Below are positions 35,958 to 47,400 of a DNA stretch of 64,000 nt, piece by piece. Both the position numbers and the translations under genes were made by a program. The stretch's first letter is position 1. Every line of letters starts with the position of its first letter. Origin of the DNA: a virus. The notes below the pieces were generated by a model, which saw only the letters and a list, made by a program, of their open reading frames with translations, was not told where the DNA came from and did no database searches. Location of the stretch: IMG/VR virus record IMGVR_UViG_3300028844_003737, positions 1 through 64,000 of that record; one strand, written 5' to 3'.

Positions 35958-36721
35958 AACAGCTAACAGAAAAACAGATAGTAGAAAATTGGGAAAGCCT
36001 AATGAAACTTATCGAAGATACATTTGAAGGAGAACGTAAAGAGAAACTCTTAGGAATGTATAAGTATTTCGAAGATAGAATGTCAGTAGCGCCTGCTAGT
36101 GGAAAAGCACATTACCATAATGCTATGGTGGGTGGATATGTAGAGCATGTATTGCATGTTACAAATTGCGCTTTGAAGATAAAAAAGTTATGGGTTGAAG
36201 ATGGTGCTACAATAAACTTTACAGACGAAGAACTTATCTTCGCTGCTATGCATCATGACTTGGGTAAGGTTGGTGACTTAGAAGAGGATTACTATATACC
36301 ACAAGATTCGGAATGGCATAGAAAGAATCAAGGTTCTATATTCAAACACAATCCGAAACTACAGTATATGTCTGTTACTGATAGAGCATTATTTATTTTA
36401 CAGCACTTCGGAATACCAATGTCGGAATGGGAATATATTGGATTGAGACTTACGGATGGAATGTATGAAGAAGCTAATAAGACATATTATATGAATTATA
36501 ATCCTGATTGGTCTTTAAAGTCTAATATAGCTTACATACTTCATCAGGCTGATATGATGGCTACTCATATTGAGGGTGACGAATGGAATAGATTAGACGA
36601 AGAATCAAATGTAAAGGTTGCTACTAATATGAAAAAAGCAGTAGAAACAAAAACTGATGATAGTGATAGATTGAAAACTAAATCAGCTGATTTATTTGAA
36701 GAACTATTTGGAGAAAAATAA
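35954..36721 (+). CDS. HD-domain phosphohydrolase
   Basis: PAS..HN..GGYVEH, HHDLGK, QAD. Confidence 0.88.
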   Translation: MKQLTEKQIVENWESLMKLIEDTFEGERKEKLLGMYKYFEDRMSVAPASGKAHYHNAMVGGYVEHVLHVTNCALKIKKLWVEDGATINFTDEELIFAAMHHDLGKVGDLEEDYYIPQDSEWHRKNQGSIFKHNPKLQYMSVTDRALFILQHFGIPMSEWEYIGLRLTDGMYEEANKTYYMNYNPDWSLKSNIAYILHQADMMATHIEGDEWNRLDEESNVKVATNMKKAVETKTDDSDRLKTKSADLFEELFGEK

Positions 36722-36987
36722 TGATGATTCTGGAAATAATCCTTGTATTATTGGCACTTTTATGTGTAGCTTCTTGTTATGGATTATGGAACACTATGAA
36801 AAAGATGGAAATGATGGAAGATTGGATAGATGAATATAGTACGAGAATGTTGAATGTAAACAAAACCATAAAACAACTTGACTATAAAGATTACTTTGCT
36901 GAAGATGATGAGGTAGGAATTATATTCAAAGAAATAGAAAAAGCAGTTAATGAACTAGAAATAGAAAAGGAGCCTGTAAGTGGGTAG
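36721..36987 (+). CDS. Small membrane protein
   Basis: N-terminal TM; DDEVG..F motif. Confidence 0.7.
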   Translation: MMILEIILVLLALLCVASCYGLWNTMKKMEMMEDWIDEYSTRMLNVNKTIKQLDYKDYFAEDDEVGIIFKEIEKAVNELEIEKEPVSG

Positions 36988-37741
36988 AAAAGCAAAAAAA
37001 GGAAGTAGTAGATATTACTTCACAATGGATACTGAAAAAGCAATTATCAGATACAATAATGCACCAGACAAACCTAGATTGAGAAATACGATATACAATG
37101 AGCATATCAGAAAGTCTTTTGAAAAGTTAGTTGAGAACATTATTCATACATTTAAGTTCTACTACTTTGATGTATCGTCTGAAGAAGTAAAGCATGAAGT
37201 CGTTTCTTTCTTAGTAATGAACATGCATAAATTCAAAGAGGGTAAAGGTAGGGCATTCTCTTATTTTAGCATTGTTGCTAAAAATTACCTTATCCTAAAT
37301 AATAATAAAAACTATAAGATGGGTAAGATTCATTCACAAATGGATGTATTAGATTATAAGAGAAATACACAAAGTGAAAGGTCTGCTGAGGCTGCTAGTG
37401 AAAGTGCTTCTTTATTTATAGATGAGTTACATAGGTTTTGGGATACCAACCTTACTAATGTTTTCAAACGACAAAAAGACATTAGGGTAGCTGATTCTGT
37501 ATTACATATTTTTCGTATAAAAGAAAATATTGAGAACTTCAATAAGAAGGCTCTTTATATTCTTATTCGTGAAATGACAGGCTCTAATACACAGCACATT
37601 ACTCGTATTATCAATGTTATGAAAAAGTTCAATGATAGGTTATATCATGAGTTTGATAACTATGGTACAGTTGATATTTCATATACAGGCTCTTTAGTAA
37701 GAGAAAAAGATAATCCATTGGATATACAAGCTACTTACTAA
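36980..37741 (+). CDS. gp55-like late transcription sigma factor
   Basis: Region 2-like KFKEGKGRAFSYFSIVAKNYL, comparable to T4 gp55 FAYFT; precedes the structural block. Confidence 0.65.
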   Translation: MGRKAKKGSSRYYFTMDTEKAIIRYNNAPDKPRLRNTIYNEHIRKSFEKLVENIIHTFKFYYFDVSSEEVKHEVVSFLVMNMHKFKEGKGRAFSYFSIVAKNYLILNNNKNYKMGKIHSQMDVLDYKRNTQSERSAEAASESASLFIDELHRFWDTNLTNVFKRQKDIRVADSVLHIFRIKENIENFNKKALYILIREMTGSNTQHITRIINVMKKFNDRLYHEFDNYGTVDISYTGSLVREKDNPLDIQATY

Positions 37742-37760
37742 CTTTTCAACTCACATCACT

Positions 37761-37786
37761 AAAGGGAAGTAATACTTCCCTTTTTT
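37761..37786 (+). terminator. Rho-independent terminator
   Basis: AAAGGGAAGT-AAT-ACTTCCCTTTTTT. Confidence 0.85.
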
Positions 37787-37874
37787 GTGCCTTGTTATAT
37801 TTTTTTATCAAAAGTTATAAAATTGGATATTTATATATAACCAACATTTTATTATATATCCATGGAGTCTAATT

Positions 37875-38258
37875 ATGGCTAATGATTACGAAATATTCAA
37901 AGGTAAATCTTTGTCTGATTTATTTGAAGATATTTACAAAAATACAGAACGGAATAAAACACAATTAGAGGTTCTTATGAAAGAAGTGACCTCATTCATA
38001 AAAGATGGTGATACTGCCGTTCAAATAATTCCTATGCTCAAAGAGTATTTGGAAATAAATGTTAAAAATGATGACCAACTTGTAAAGATGGCAGCTATCG
38101 TACAGAGAATCATATCTACTGAAAATAAAGGTAGCTCTGAAGATGAGTTTGGTTTATCGGATGCTGAAAAAGAACAACTTCTAAATGCTGTAGAAGAAGT
38201 TGCTAGTGATGTTCAAAGACATTCTGATGATTTGGAGAGTAAAATTGTCAATAGCTGA
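37875..38258 (+). CDS. Conserved helical phage protein
   Basis: GGAG RBS; follows an ATATTTAT motif. Confidence 0.7.
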   Translation: MANDYEIFKGKSLSDLFEDIYKNTERNKTQLEVLMKEVTSFIKDGDTAVQIIPMLKEYLEINVKNDDQLVKMAAIVQRIISTENKGSSEDEFGLSDAEKEQLLNAVEEVASDVQRHSDDLESKIVNS

Positions 38259-39369
38259 AACTAGAATTGCGAGTACATCCCCTCAACAAAAAAGAGCTGG
38301 TTTATTATCACATAATGAGGCAATCGAATTATTTAAATCGATGCAAGGAGAAGTTGAACACAAACAATATGTGAGTGGGAGAGTACTAAAGGTTTATTCA
38401 ACTCAAGAAGATTTACCTACAAGAACTAGAAAGGATGGCGTATCAACATATGCTTGGGAATTTCACGGTAACTTAGATGTAAAACTAAATTATAATCAGA
38501 AAGTTGTAACAAATGTAGGGCCTTTGTGCTCACATTTCAATTGTATGCCGTTAGTTGATGAAGAAGTGGTTTTAGTAGAACATGACGGACAAGTGTTTTA
38601 CGACTTTCCGTTGAATCGAATGGGAAAGGTAAATCACAATAGGTCTGATAAGGTGATTGGTGAAGAGAGAGTAGTTGAATCAACTACTTATATGGCTAGA
38701 CCAGTAATGTCAAATCACGGAGATACTACTATTCAAGGAAGATTTGGTAACTATATGATGTTTACTTCTGAACCTGAGGTGAATGGTTATAGGTCTTACC
38801 CAAAAATTGTAATTGGAAATAATCAAGATAAAGATACTTTACAAGTAGGTCATAAAAACTACGATAAACATTTTCCACACTTTCACGAACCAAATTCTAT
38901 GGGTTCGGTTATTGAAATGACAAGCAATCCTCAACAAGCAGATTTAGAACCATCAGCTCTTGAAGAAGAACAAGAAGAGTTTTTCGATACTACAGGAGAT
39001 ACAATTACAATTTCATCCGATACTATACATATAAATTCTAATAGTCCTGGTTCTATGTATGTAACATCAGGTGATAGTATAAGTATGACAGCAATGGATG
39101 AAATAAATTTAGCAACTATTGGTGGTAGGGTAAATTTAGGATCAAGTGACACTCAAAGTCCAATAGTAAAAGGTACTGCTATGAGAAATTTTGTAAATGA
39201 TTTGCTAATAAATATAGAAGGATTTTGTAATACTTTAGCAGCATTTGAAGGAGATGGTTCTGCTCAAATACAGTCTGCTGCTGATAGTCTAAGGGCTGGA
39301 ATTACTTCTATGAGTAAAAAGTATATACAAGAAGAAAATCTTTTTAGTAAAAAAGTATATTCTGAATAA
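38245..39369 (+). CDS. Baseplate hub/spike (gp5/VgrG-like) protein
   Basis: PLVDEEV OB-like region, GDTTIQGRFGN, beta-helix-like repeats, VNLG..PIVKG; upstream of gp25. Confidence 0.55.
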   Translation: MSIAETRIASTSPQQKRAGLLSHNEAIELFKSMQGEVEHKQYVSGRVLKVYSTQEDLPTRTRKDGVSTYAWEFHGNLDVKLNYNQKVVTNVGPLCSHFNCMPLVDEEVVLVEHDGQVFYDFPLNRMGKVNHNRSDKVIGEERVVESTTYMARPVMSNHGDTTIQGRFGNYMMFTSEPEVNGYRSYPKIVIGNNQDKDTLQVGHKNYDKHFPHFHEPNSMGSVIEMTSNPQQADLEPSALEEEQEEFFDTTGDTITISSDTIHINSNSPGSMYVTSGDSISMTAMDEINLATIGGRVNLGSSDTQSPIVKGTAMRNFVNDLLINIEGFCNTLAAFEGDGSAQIQSAADSLRAGITSMSKKYIQEENLFSKKVYSE

Positions 39370-39381
39370 TGGGGGAGATAT

Positions 39382-40092
39382 ATGCCACACGCTGATTGGC
39401 ACAAAAAGCCTGTTTTAGCAACGATACTAAAAGAAGCAATAAGAAAGGAAAGTGCTGAAGAAGTAGTTCGTCTAAATGAGATTACCGATGACCTAATTCA
39501 ACAAATTGAATCGAATGAAGAAACTGCTGATAAGTATTGGCAATCATTGATGAAAATAAAAGAAGGCATTGAGGATATAAAGAAGTTTTGGGCAGATACT
39601 GTTGAAACAAGAAAAAAAGTTAAATCAGCAATAAAAGTTGCTACAACAGCAAAAAAGGCTGGTGAGACTACTGATAAGGCTAGTACAATATCTATGTCGT
39701 TGAATCCAGTAGTAGCTGCTGTACAATATGCTACAAAACTGCTGATTGAATTATTACAATCTGAAATTACAGCATTGAGTGATGTTGTATCGATAATGGA
39801 GCCAACGCAAGATGAGTTCATATCATTTTCAGGCGGTCGTACCTCTTCTAATGTCGTGGTAAAAGGAACTTTCAATGAAAAAATAGAACAGCTAGAAAAG
39901 AGATTGGCTGATAAGAGAGCGATTAGAAAGGTAAGGAGAGAAAAATTACGACAAAAGAGACTTGCGAGAATAAATAATGCTGCAAAAAACTTAGCTGATG
40001 CAGGAAAAGAATTAACTGAAAATCTTAAAGATAGTCTTGGTGGAACAGGAGAAGATCCACCAAAGGCAGAATTAGTGAGTCATCAAAAATAA
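39382..40092 (+). CDS. Helical hypothetical protein in the baseplate cluster
   Basis: GGGGAG RBS; coiled coil. Confidence 0.6.
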   Translation: MPHADWHKKPVLATILKEAIRKESAEEVVRLNEITDDLIQQIESNEETADKYWQSLMKIKEGIEDIKKFWADTVETRKKVKSAIKVATTAKKAGETTDKASTISMSLNPVVAAVQYATKLLIELLQSEITALSDVVSIMEPTQDEFISFSGGRTSSNVVVKGTFNEKIEQLEKRLADKRAIRKVRREKLRQKRLARINNAAKNLADAGKELTENLKDSLGGTGEDPPKAELVSHQK

Positions 40093-40146
40093 GTGGATTT
40101 TCCCTTATGTTTATATTTATATAATAACAGGAGTTAGGAGTCTTAA

Positions 40147-40617
40147 ATGTCTACAAAGAAAAATAAATTGGTAAAAATGTTGAGAGAAATCATCAAACGT
40201 GAGGTACAAAAAGAGGTAAAGAAGATATTTATTAGTGAAGGTATGAAAGTACCATCTAATAAAATTGTCAATGATGTGCCCGAAGTTTTACCTAAACCAA
40301 AAAATAGAGAAGAAGTTAGTTATACTAAAAACCCTATGTTGAATAAAGTACTCAATGAAACAGCACAACAAAATGAAATGGAAGAATATCCAACGATGGG
40401 TGGTGGGACATTTGATAGTACAAAGATGGCACAGGCTATGGGATATGGAAATATGATGGGTAATCCTGAAGATAAGAGAAAGCTAGGTGCTATACAAACT
40501 GCACAAGCAGCTGGTGCTGATACATCAAATAAAGCAGTTCAAGATGTAATGAGTAATCTTACCAAAGACTATAGTGGTGTTATGAAAGCATTAGATAAAA
40601 AGGATGGCAAGATTTAG
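40147..40617 (+). CDS. Hypothetical virion-associated protein
   Basis: IIKREV..ISE, VLNETA, DYSGVMKA; follows an ATATTTAT motif. Confidence 0.6.
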   Translation: MSTKKNKLVKMLREIIKREVQKEVKKIFISEGMKVPSNKIVNDVPEVLPKPKNREEVSYTKNPMLNKVLNETAQQNEMEEYPTMGGGTFDSTKMAQAMGYGNMMGNPEDKRKLGAIQTAQAAGADTSNKAVQDVMSNLTKDYSGVMKALDKKDGKI

Positions 40618-40630
40618 GAGATAATAAATA

Positions 40631-41086
40631 ATGAGTGTAATACAAAATGATTTAGATCCAGATGTACTGATAGGACTACAATTACCATTAGGAGTTCATC
40701 AAGATGGAGTGTTCAAGCAAACACAGACTTTGCTAGAGCAAACTAAATCAAATATCAGAAATTTATTATTGACAAGAAGAGGAGAAAGATTAGGTAATCC
40801 TACATTTGGTTCGGATTTATTATCGGTAGTATTTGAACCAATAAATGATGATACCCAAAATTCTATAGAAGAAAAAATAAGAGCATCTATTAGTGAATTT
40901 TTACCTCATGTAAAAGTTGTTCGTGTACTATTTGAAGATTCTGAAAATGTGTTATCTCCAAGAATAATTTTTTCAATAAATACGGATACTACTACATTAG
41001 ATGATATAACTTTAGAGTTGGGTAGTTTAAAAGATTCGGAAACAGGCGAAGTTGGACAACCTTTTAGTAGACAATTAGGTGGATAA
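40631..41086 (+). CDS. Baseplate wedge subunit (gp25-like)
   Basis: NIRNLLLTRRGERLGNPTFGSDL. Confidence 0.9.
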   Translation: MSVIQNDLDPDVLIGLQLPLGVHQDGVFKQTQTLLEQTKSNIRNLLLTRRGERLGNPTFGSDLLSVVFEPINDDTQNSIEEKIRASISEFLPHVKVVRVLFEDSENVLSPRIIFSINTDTTTLDDITLELGSLKDSETGEVGQPFSRQLGG

Positions 41087-41099
41087 CTGGAGAAAATAA

Positions 41100-43055
41100 A
41101 TGCCATATACAGCACCAAAAAATAATTCAATAAAAGAAGTAAAGTATCTAAATAAAGATTTTAGTTCTCTAAAATCAAATTTGATAGAATTTGCTAAGGT
41201 TTATTTTCCAAATAGTTATAATGATTTTAATGAATCTTCACCAGGAATGATGTTTATAGAAATGGCTTCATATGTGGGAGATGTTCTATCCTATTATGTA
41301 GATAACCAATTCAAAGAAAGTTTACTAGCATATGCAGAAGAAAAAAAGACAGTATACAATATGGCTCAAGCATTGGGATACAAACCCAAACAAGCTTCAC
41401 CAGCTTCTGTAGTATTAGATATATTCCAAACAGTGCCAGCAAAGTCAAGTGGTACAGGTGCTAACTTTACTACTTCTCCTGATTTATCATATGCTCTAAA
41501 TATAAAAAGTAATATGAAAGTTCAGTCAGCATCTGGTATTTCATTTTCATCTACTGAAGATTGTAACTTCAAATTTTCTTCTTCATACGACCCAATGAGT
41601 ATTAGTATTTTTGAAACTGCTGGTAATGTACCAGTAAATTATTTATTGAGAAAATCTGTTAGAGCAAAGAGTGGTCAGGTAACTACAGAATATATTACTG
41701 TAGGGAGTGCTGAAAAGTATAAAAGAATTGCTTTAGCTAATGCTGATGTTACTGAGATTATTTCTTGTGTAGACAGCGATAATAATAGTTGGTATGAAGT
41801 TCCATTTTTAGCACAAGATACAGTATTTACAGATGCTGAAAATACAACAGCATCAGATCCTGATTTAGCATCCCAATCAGACCAATCTCCGTATTTACTA
41901 AAATTATTAAAAACATCAAGAAGATTTACAACATATATAATGGAAAATGGTAGAACTGAAATCAGATTTGGTGCTGGTATATCAGATAGTCCTGATGAAG
42001 AGATTATACCTAATCCTGATTCGGTTGGCTCTTCGTTGCCAGGCTCACCATCACAATTAGGAAATGCTTTTGATCCATCAAACTTTTTAAAGACTAAAGC
42101 ATATGGTCAAGCACCATCAAATACTACTTTACAAATTACTTATAGATATGGTGGTGGTATAAGTAGTAATGTTGCTTCAAATACAATAACCACTGTACAA
42201 AAAATAGATGTAGCTATTGACACAAATGGATTATCAGCTCCCTTATTGTCACAAACAAGAAACTCTGTGGGGATTACAAATCCTCAACCTGCTACAGGAG
42301 GTAGGTCTGCTGAAAGCGTAACTGAAGTTAAAAATAACGCACTAGCATACTTTCAGGCACAATCAAGAGCTGTAACTAAAGAAGATTATATAACAAGAGT
42401 ATATGCTATACCACCTAAATATGGTAATATAGCTAAAGCATATATCGTACAAGACAGTCAATTAGATACTGTAGATACAGGTGCTAATTCTGATAGTAGA
42501 ATTATAAATCCATTGGCACTAAATTTATATGTATTAGGATATAATTCTATAAAAAAACTAACTAATCTGAATCAGGCAGTAAAGGAAAATATACAAACTT
42601 ACCTAACTCAGTTTAGGATGGTAACGGATGCTGTAAATATAAAAGATGCTTTTGTAATCAATATAGCAGTAAAATTTAATATTATAACTAAAGTCGGATA
42701 TAATGGAGAAGAAGTATTGCTAAGAGCAATACAGGTAGTAAGAAGTTTTTTCAATATTGATAACTGGCAAATCGGACAACCTATAATTTTATCTGATTTA
42801 GCTTATAAAATCTCACTTACGGATGGAGTATCAGCAGTCGTTCCTCCTGAAGAAAATAATCCTAACGGATTACCAATATTACTTACTAATAAATTTTTGA
42901 GTTCTGATGGGTATTCAGGAAATATGTATGATATAGCATCTGCTACTAAAGACGGAGTTGTCTATCCATCTATGGATCCAAGTTGTTTTGAATTGAAGTT
43001 TCCAGCAACAGATGTAGAAGGAAGAGTAGTCGGTTCTTCATCAGGAGATAACTAA
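41100..43055 (+). CDS. Baseplate wedge subunit (gp6/baseplate J-like)
   Basis: KDFSSLK, YVGDVLSYY, LGYKP, RFGAG, GG..AES, RAVTKEDY. Confidence 0.88.
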   Translation: MPYTAPKNNSIKEVKYLNKDFSSLKSNLIEFAKVYFPNSYNDFNESSPGMMFIEMASYVGDVLSYYVDNQFKESLLAYAEEKKTVYNMAQALGYKPKQASPASVVLDIFQTVPAKSSGTGANFTTSPDLSYALNIKSNMKVQSASGISFSSTEDCNFKFSSSYDPMSISIFETAGNVPVNYLLRKSVRAKSGQVTTEYITVGSAEKYKRIALANADVTEIISCVDSDNNSWYEVPFLAQDTVFTDAENTTASDPDLASQSDQSPYLLKLLKTSRRFTTYIMENGRTEIRFGAGISDSPDEEIIPNPDSVGSSLPGSPSQLGNAFDPSNFLKTKAYGQAPSNTTLQITYRYGGGISSNVASNTITTVQKIDVAIDTNGLSAPLLSQTRNSVGITNPQPATGGRSAESVTEVKNNALAYFQAQSRAVTKEDYITRVYAIPPKYGNIAKAYIVQDSQLDTVDTGANSDSRIINPLALNLYVLGYNSIKKLTNLNQAVKENIQTYLTQFRMVTDAVNIKDAFVINIAVKFNIITKVGYNGEEVLLRAIQVVRSFFNIDNWQIGQPIILSDLAYKISLTDGVSAVVPPEENNPNGLPILLTNKFLSSDGYSGNMYDIASATKDGVVYPSMDPSCFELKFPATDVEGRVVGSSSGDN

Positions 43056-44176
43056 TGCACTATTTTATTTTTCCAGACAAAGATACAACCTTATATCAAG
43101 AAAGCGGTAGCCAGAATACTGGGCTTGATGAAATTTTAGAAGTTCAGAAAGAGCTAAGTGCTGCTGGAACTAATCCAAAAGTATCAAGAGCTCTACTAAA
43201 GTTTGACTTGGCTGAAATATCACAATCAATTGTAAGAGGACAGATATCTACTGATGCTAAATACTATCTAAATTTATATGATGCTAATCCAAGAGAATTA
43301 TCAGTAAGTCAGTCACTATGGGCTTATCCTATAAGTCAAAGTTGGGCTGAAGGTGAAGGATTCAAAGCTGACAGTCCAGCAACACAAGCTGGTGCTAGTT
43401 GGAATTACTTAGATGATGCTGATACTAAAACTCAATGGTATGGTCCTCTAACTGGTTCTGGTGGTACTTGGTTTACAGATGTATACGCTTCCCAATCACT
43501 TCAGTATGAGACAAGAGACATAAGAATGGATGTTACGCCAATCGTAACTTCTTGGTTGAATGGTACATATACTAACGAAGGATTCATAGTAAAGAGAAGT
43601 GGTAGTTTTGGTAATGGTGATACCAATACCGATGAGGGTAGTACAAAAAGACTTGGTAGTTTATCTTTCTTTTCAAGACAAACTAATACCATATATCCGC
43701 CAAAGTTAGAGGTTGAGTGGTATGATACAAAATGGACAACTGGTTCATTATCAGCATTACCTAAATCAGAATTAGAAGATTTACAAATTTATATGAAAAA
43801 TATAAGACCTGAATATAAAGAAAAATCAAAAGCTAAGTTTAGATTAGTTGGTAGAGGAAGATATCCAACAAAATCTTATTCGAATACATCGTCTCCTTAT
43901 CTAACTTCTAAATATTTACCAAGTGGAAGTAAGTTAGTAAATGATGGTGCTTATTATTCAGTTGTTGATGCTGATACTAAGGATGTAATAATTCCATTTA
44001 GCACTGGTTCATTGATAAGTTGCGATTCAGATGGCAATTATTTTAATCTTTGGATGAACGGATTGCAGTCGGAAAGATATTATAAATTTGAATTCAAAGT
44101 AGTTAGTGGTAGTAATACTACTGAAGAGATGGTAAACTATTTTGATGATGATTTTACATTCAAAGTTGTGAGGTAA
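43055..44176 (+). CDS. Virion structural protein (DNRLRE-like)
   Basis: KDTTLY..NTG, SRALLKFD, W.EG, NEGFI, PPKLEV. Confidence 0.65.
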   Translation: MHYFIFPDKDTTLYQESGSQNTGLDEILEVQKELSAAGTNPKVSRALLKFDLAEISQSIVRGQISTDAKYYLNLYDANPRELSVSQSLWAYPISQSWAEGEGFKADSPATQAGASWNYLDDADTKTQWYGPLTGSGGTWFTDVYASQSLQYETRDIRMDVTPIVTSWLNGTYTNEGFIVKRSGSFGNGDTNTDEGSTKRLGSLSFFSRQTNTIYPPKLEVEWYDTKWTTGSLSALPKSELEDLQIYMKNIRPEYKEKSKAKFRLVGRGRYPTKSYSNTSSPYLTSKYLPSGSKLVNDGAYYSVVDADTKDVIIPFSTGSLISCDSDGNYFNLWMNGLQSERYYKFEFKVVSGSNTTEEMVNYFDDDFTFKVVR

Positions 44177-44178
44177 AA

Positions 44179-44493
44179 ATGCCATATACAAAAGAGCAGC
44201 TTCAGAAAAATGAGTATTACCAAAATCTCAAAGATGCTGATGAACAAGCGTATTTAGCACAAAGAGAATATTATAAAACTCAATTTTATGATAGTCCAGA
44301 ATTTGGTTCTAACGATGGAAGTTTAGTTGTAAGAGATACAAATGGAACTATGTTATTATTTGAAGATCCTTATAGTGGTGTATTATATGATGACGAAACT
44401 ACAGTAATAGTAAAAAATCTCAGTACACCACAATATAGAATAAATGATGAAATATTAGATGAAGTAATAGATAGAGATATAACGGAATTATAA
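44179..44493 (+). CDS. Small structural-cluster protein
   Basis: Coupled to the next gene. Confidence 0.65.
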   Translation: MPYTKEQLQKNEYYQNLKDADEQAYLAQREYYKTQFYDSPEFGSNDGSLVVRDTNGTMLLFEDPYSGVLYDDETTVIVKNLSTPQYRINDEILDEVIDRDITEL

Positions 44494-47400
44494 TGTCAAG
44501 TAAACTAACAAATATAGATAAGCAATTACTAGATGCTGGTAATGAAATTCGTATAGGTAATAAGCCTTATGAAAATGGAATTTTTGGATCAAATCCAAAT
44601 AGAGATACTATTGAACTTACTATATTCAATACAAGCGGAGGACTTATAGATTCTATCACTAAATCTTTTAGTGATATACAATTTGATAACGATGATAAAT
44701 TATTACTAAGGCCGGTTGCTGATTTAACTTTAGCTGGATTAGAATCTGGAACATATGATTTACAATATAGATTTCTTAGAAAGTTAGCAGGTAGTGAAGA
44801 TGATGTGCTAGTTCGTACTGTTCCTAATGAACAAGGAAAATTTGATATTTTTGAAGATGTTGAATCAATAGATATAACAGATGATGGTAAAATATTTGAA
44901 AAAATAGGTAGTGACAGAGGACAAGAACTACAGCTAAAGAAGATGACTCTATTAGTGGATGCTGTCTCACCATCAAGAACAGAAATACGGATAAAGGCTT
45001 CAGATGTAAATGGAAGAGGTAATTTTGAAGATTTTTCTAGATTAGGAGAATCTGTACGGAGAACAGAAGTTCCAACTGGCATAGTTCAATTTGGTACTGG
45101 TGGTGATGAAAATTTCATTACAAATACAAATGTTATGACTCTTACTCCTGAAGATGGTGGGTTTATATTTACACCTCGTATGGTAGGTGGTACTCTTTAT
45201 GTAAAAGATGTATACCATACTTCGACTATAACTACTACTCCAACTACTGAAAATAATATAGTAACAGATCAAGAACAACTAAGAAAAGATGATTACGGCG
45301 AAGTTATAAAATATGGAGAATCTTTACCTTGGGATAGCAACTTACACGCAAACGCAGTAAGACCATTAGGCGATTGGAGTGCAGGATATTTACAATGGTA
45401 TGCTAACAGTGAATTATGGGGCAACTCAACTCATTTAGGGTATTGGGGACATTGGGTTCAAGGAGAAGGTCGTGATGGTGGTGTATGTTTTAAATTTCCT
45501 GATATAAATCAATCTTTTGCTGAGGACTTTACTGCGTGGCCATTAGAAAATCCACATAGAGGTTTGATGTTATCTCATACCTTTAAAGATAAAAGTTTAG
45601 AGGTATTGGGTGTAACAGGCGAAGATAGTATTTTGATATCAGGATACATAAAGTCTAATGTCAATAATAAACAAATAAGAATTACAACTAAGTTCCCACA
45701 AGATTTATTATCTGAAGCGGAACCTGATAGCCCGCCAGAAGGATTTTTTGTAGAGGGTAGTCCTTTATTAGAAGAAAAGCCATCATCTCCTCCTGATAAT
45801 TACAATCCCCTAACAATTGAAGCAGCTCAGTCAATAGAAAATGTTCCAGCTATAGCTATAATGGAAAATGGATATTCGACTGGAATGAATATTACAGCGT
45901 TTTTAAATGCGAGGGAAGGTTACGGGTGGAGTGTTGGACAGACGCCTAATGTTGCTACTGGTAATGACAGTACCCAACTAAATCGTAAGTCTCCACCAAG
46001 ACCAGCCACTTATGGAACAGGAGTTTGGAAACTTCATATAGAAACAGACCAATCAGAAGCCGTAATTAGTTTAGAACTCAATCACTCTTGGGGTGATGCA
46101 AACGGATACAGTAACGGTGCTGGTACACTTAGTGAAGGTGGAGATTGGAAATGGGACGGAGAACAATGGACTGGATACCCAATAGCTACTGAAGTAGAAC
46201 CTATAGTTGGTCATGATTCTAATGGTGGGGTATATAGAACTGTAAATCCAAACCAATTTCCTACGGCTGTAAATGCACACCCTTACAGACAAAGCGAAGA
46301 ATTAGTTCAGACTAGAAGGCCGTTATTTGAAAGGTCTTTACCATCATCTACTGGATTTGAGTATGGGTGTACGATAGGAAAGGCATTTTATGCGTGGTTA
46401 TTAGATGGACGTTGGGAAGTAAATAGTACCATTATTAACAGAGGAGATATTTCTGTTAAATATGTTATGCTTGGTAAACAAGACTTAATTTGGATAACAA
46501 AAGTTAATCAATCAAGCTCAGATAAAGTATTACTTCGTACGTGGGATGAAGTATTTCCTCAATTGAGAACAAGCTATATAGATAGAGAAGTCGATGGTGA
46601 AACTAAACAAGTAAGTATTTATGAAGATATATTTGAATTTGGATTTGTACAAAGTATAGTACCGGCACAGCATAGAAATAAAAATGTTACTGTAATGGGC
46701 AGTTTTCATATATTCTATAATGATGGAAATGGAAATAATAAATCTTTTAGAGTTGATACGTTTAGATCTGGTACGAATACAATTAGCTCAACACTTTCTA
46801 ATAATACTATTTATCCAAACATAGGAAGTGATAGAGTATATAATATACGCGATTTAGATGAACCATTTGATAATACTATAAATGATAATGATTCTAAGGT
46901 AAAGTGGACTGTAAATAGGGACGATGGAGATTTTAGATTTTATGCTTTCGTAGGAAACCAATATTACAGAGTCGATGATGGAGATGGAGATCTTTACGAA
47001 ATAAATGAGAGTGATTCTAATTGGTTTAAAGATGACTATCCAAGAACAATAAATGAAGATGGCTTTGAAGATTTTATTCAAAATCCTGATGTTGTATTTG
47101 AAAGAGATTTAACACCAAATGAAAGCGATTGGACAAAATGGGGTATTATAAAAGGTAGCCAATACTATAAACAAGAAGATGATAAGCATGTACTGATATC
47201 TACCTTTGATGAAGCCTTTATAGGAGCTGGTACAGTACAGAGTGGTGGTGAAGAACTTGTAGTTGGTACTAGAAATCCTGGAAAAGATAATTGGTTATTA
47301 GATGATGAAGGTAATACTTTACCTAATGTACCATATATTGATAATGGAAGTGGAAATTTAATAATCGGAATGACATCCGATAGAATTGGTACGGTAAGTC

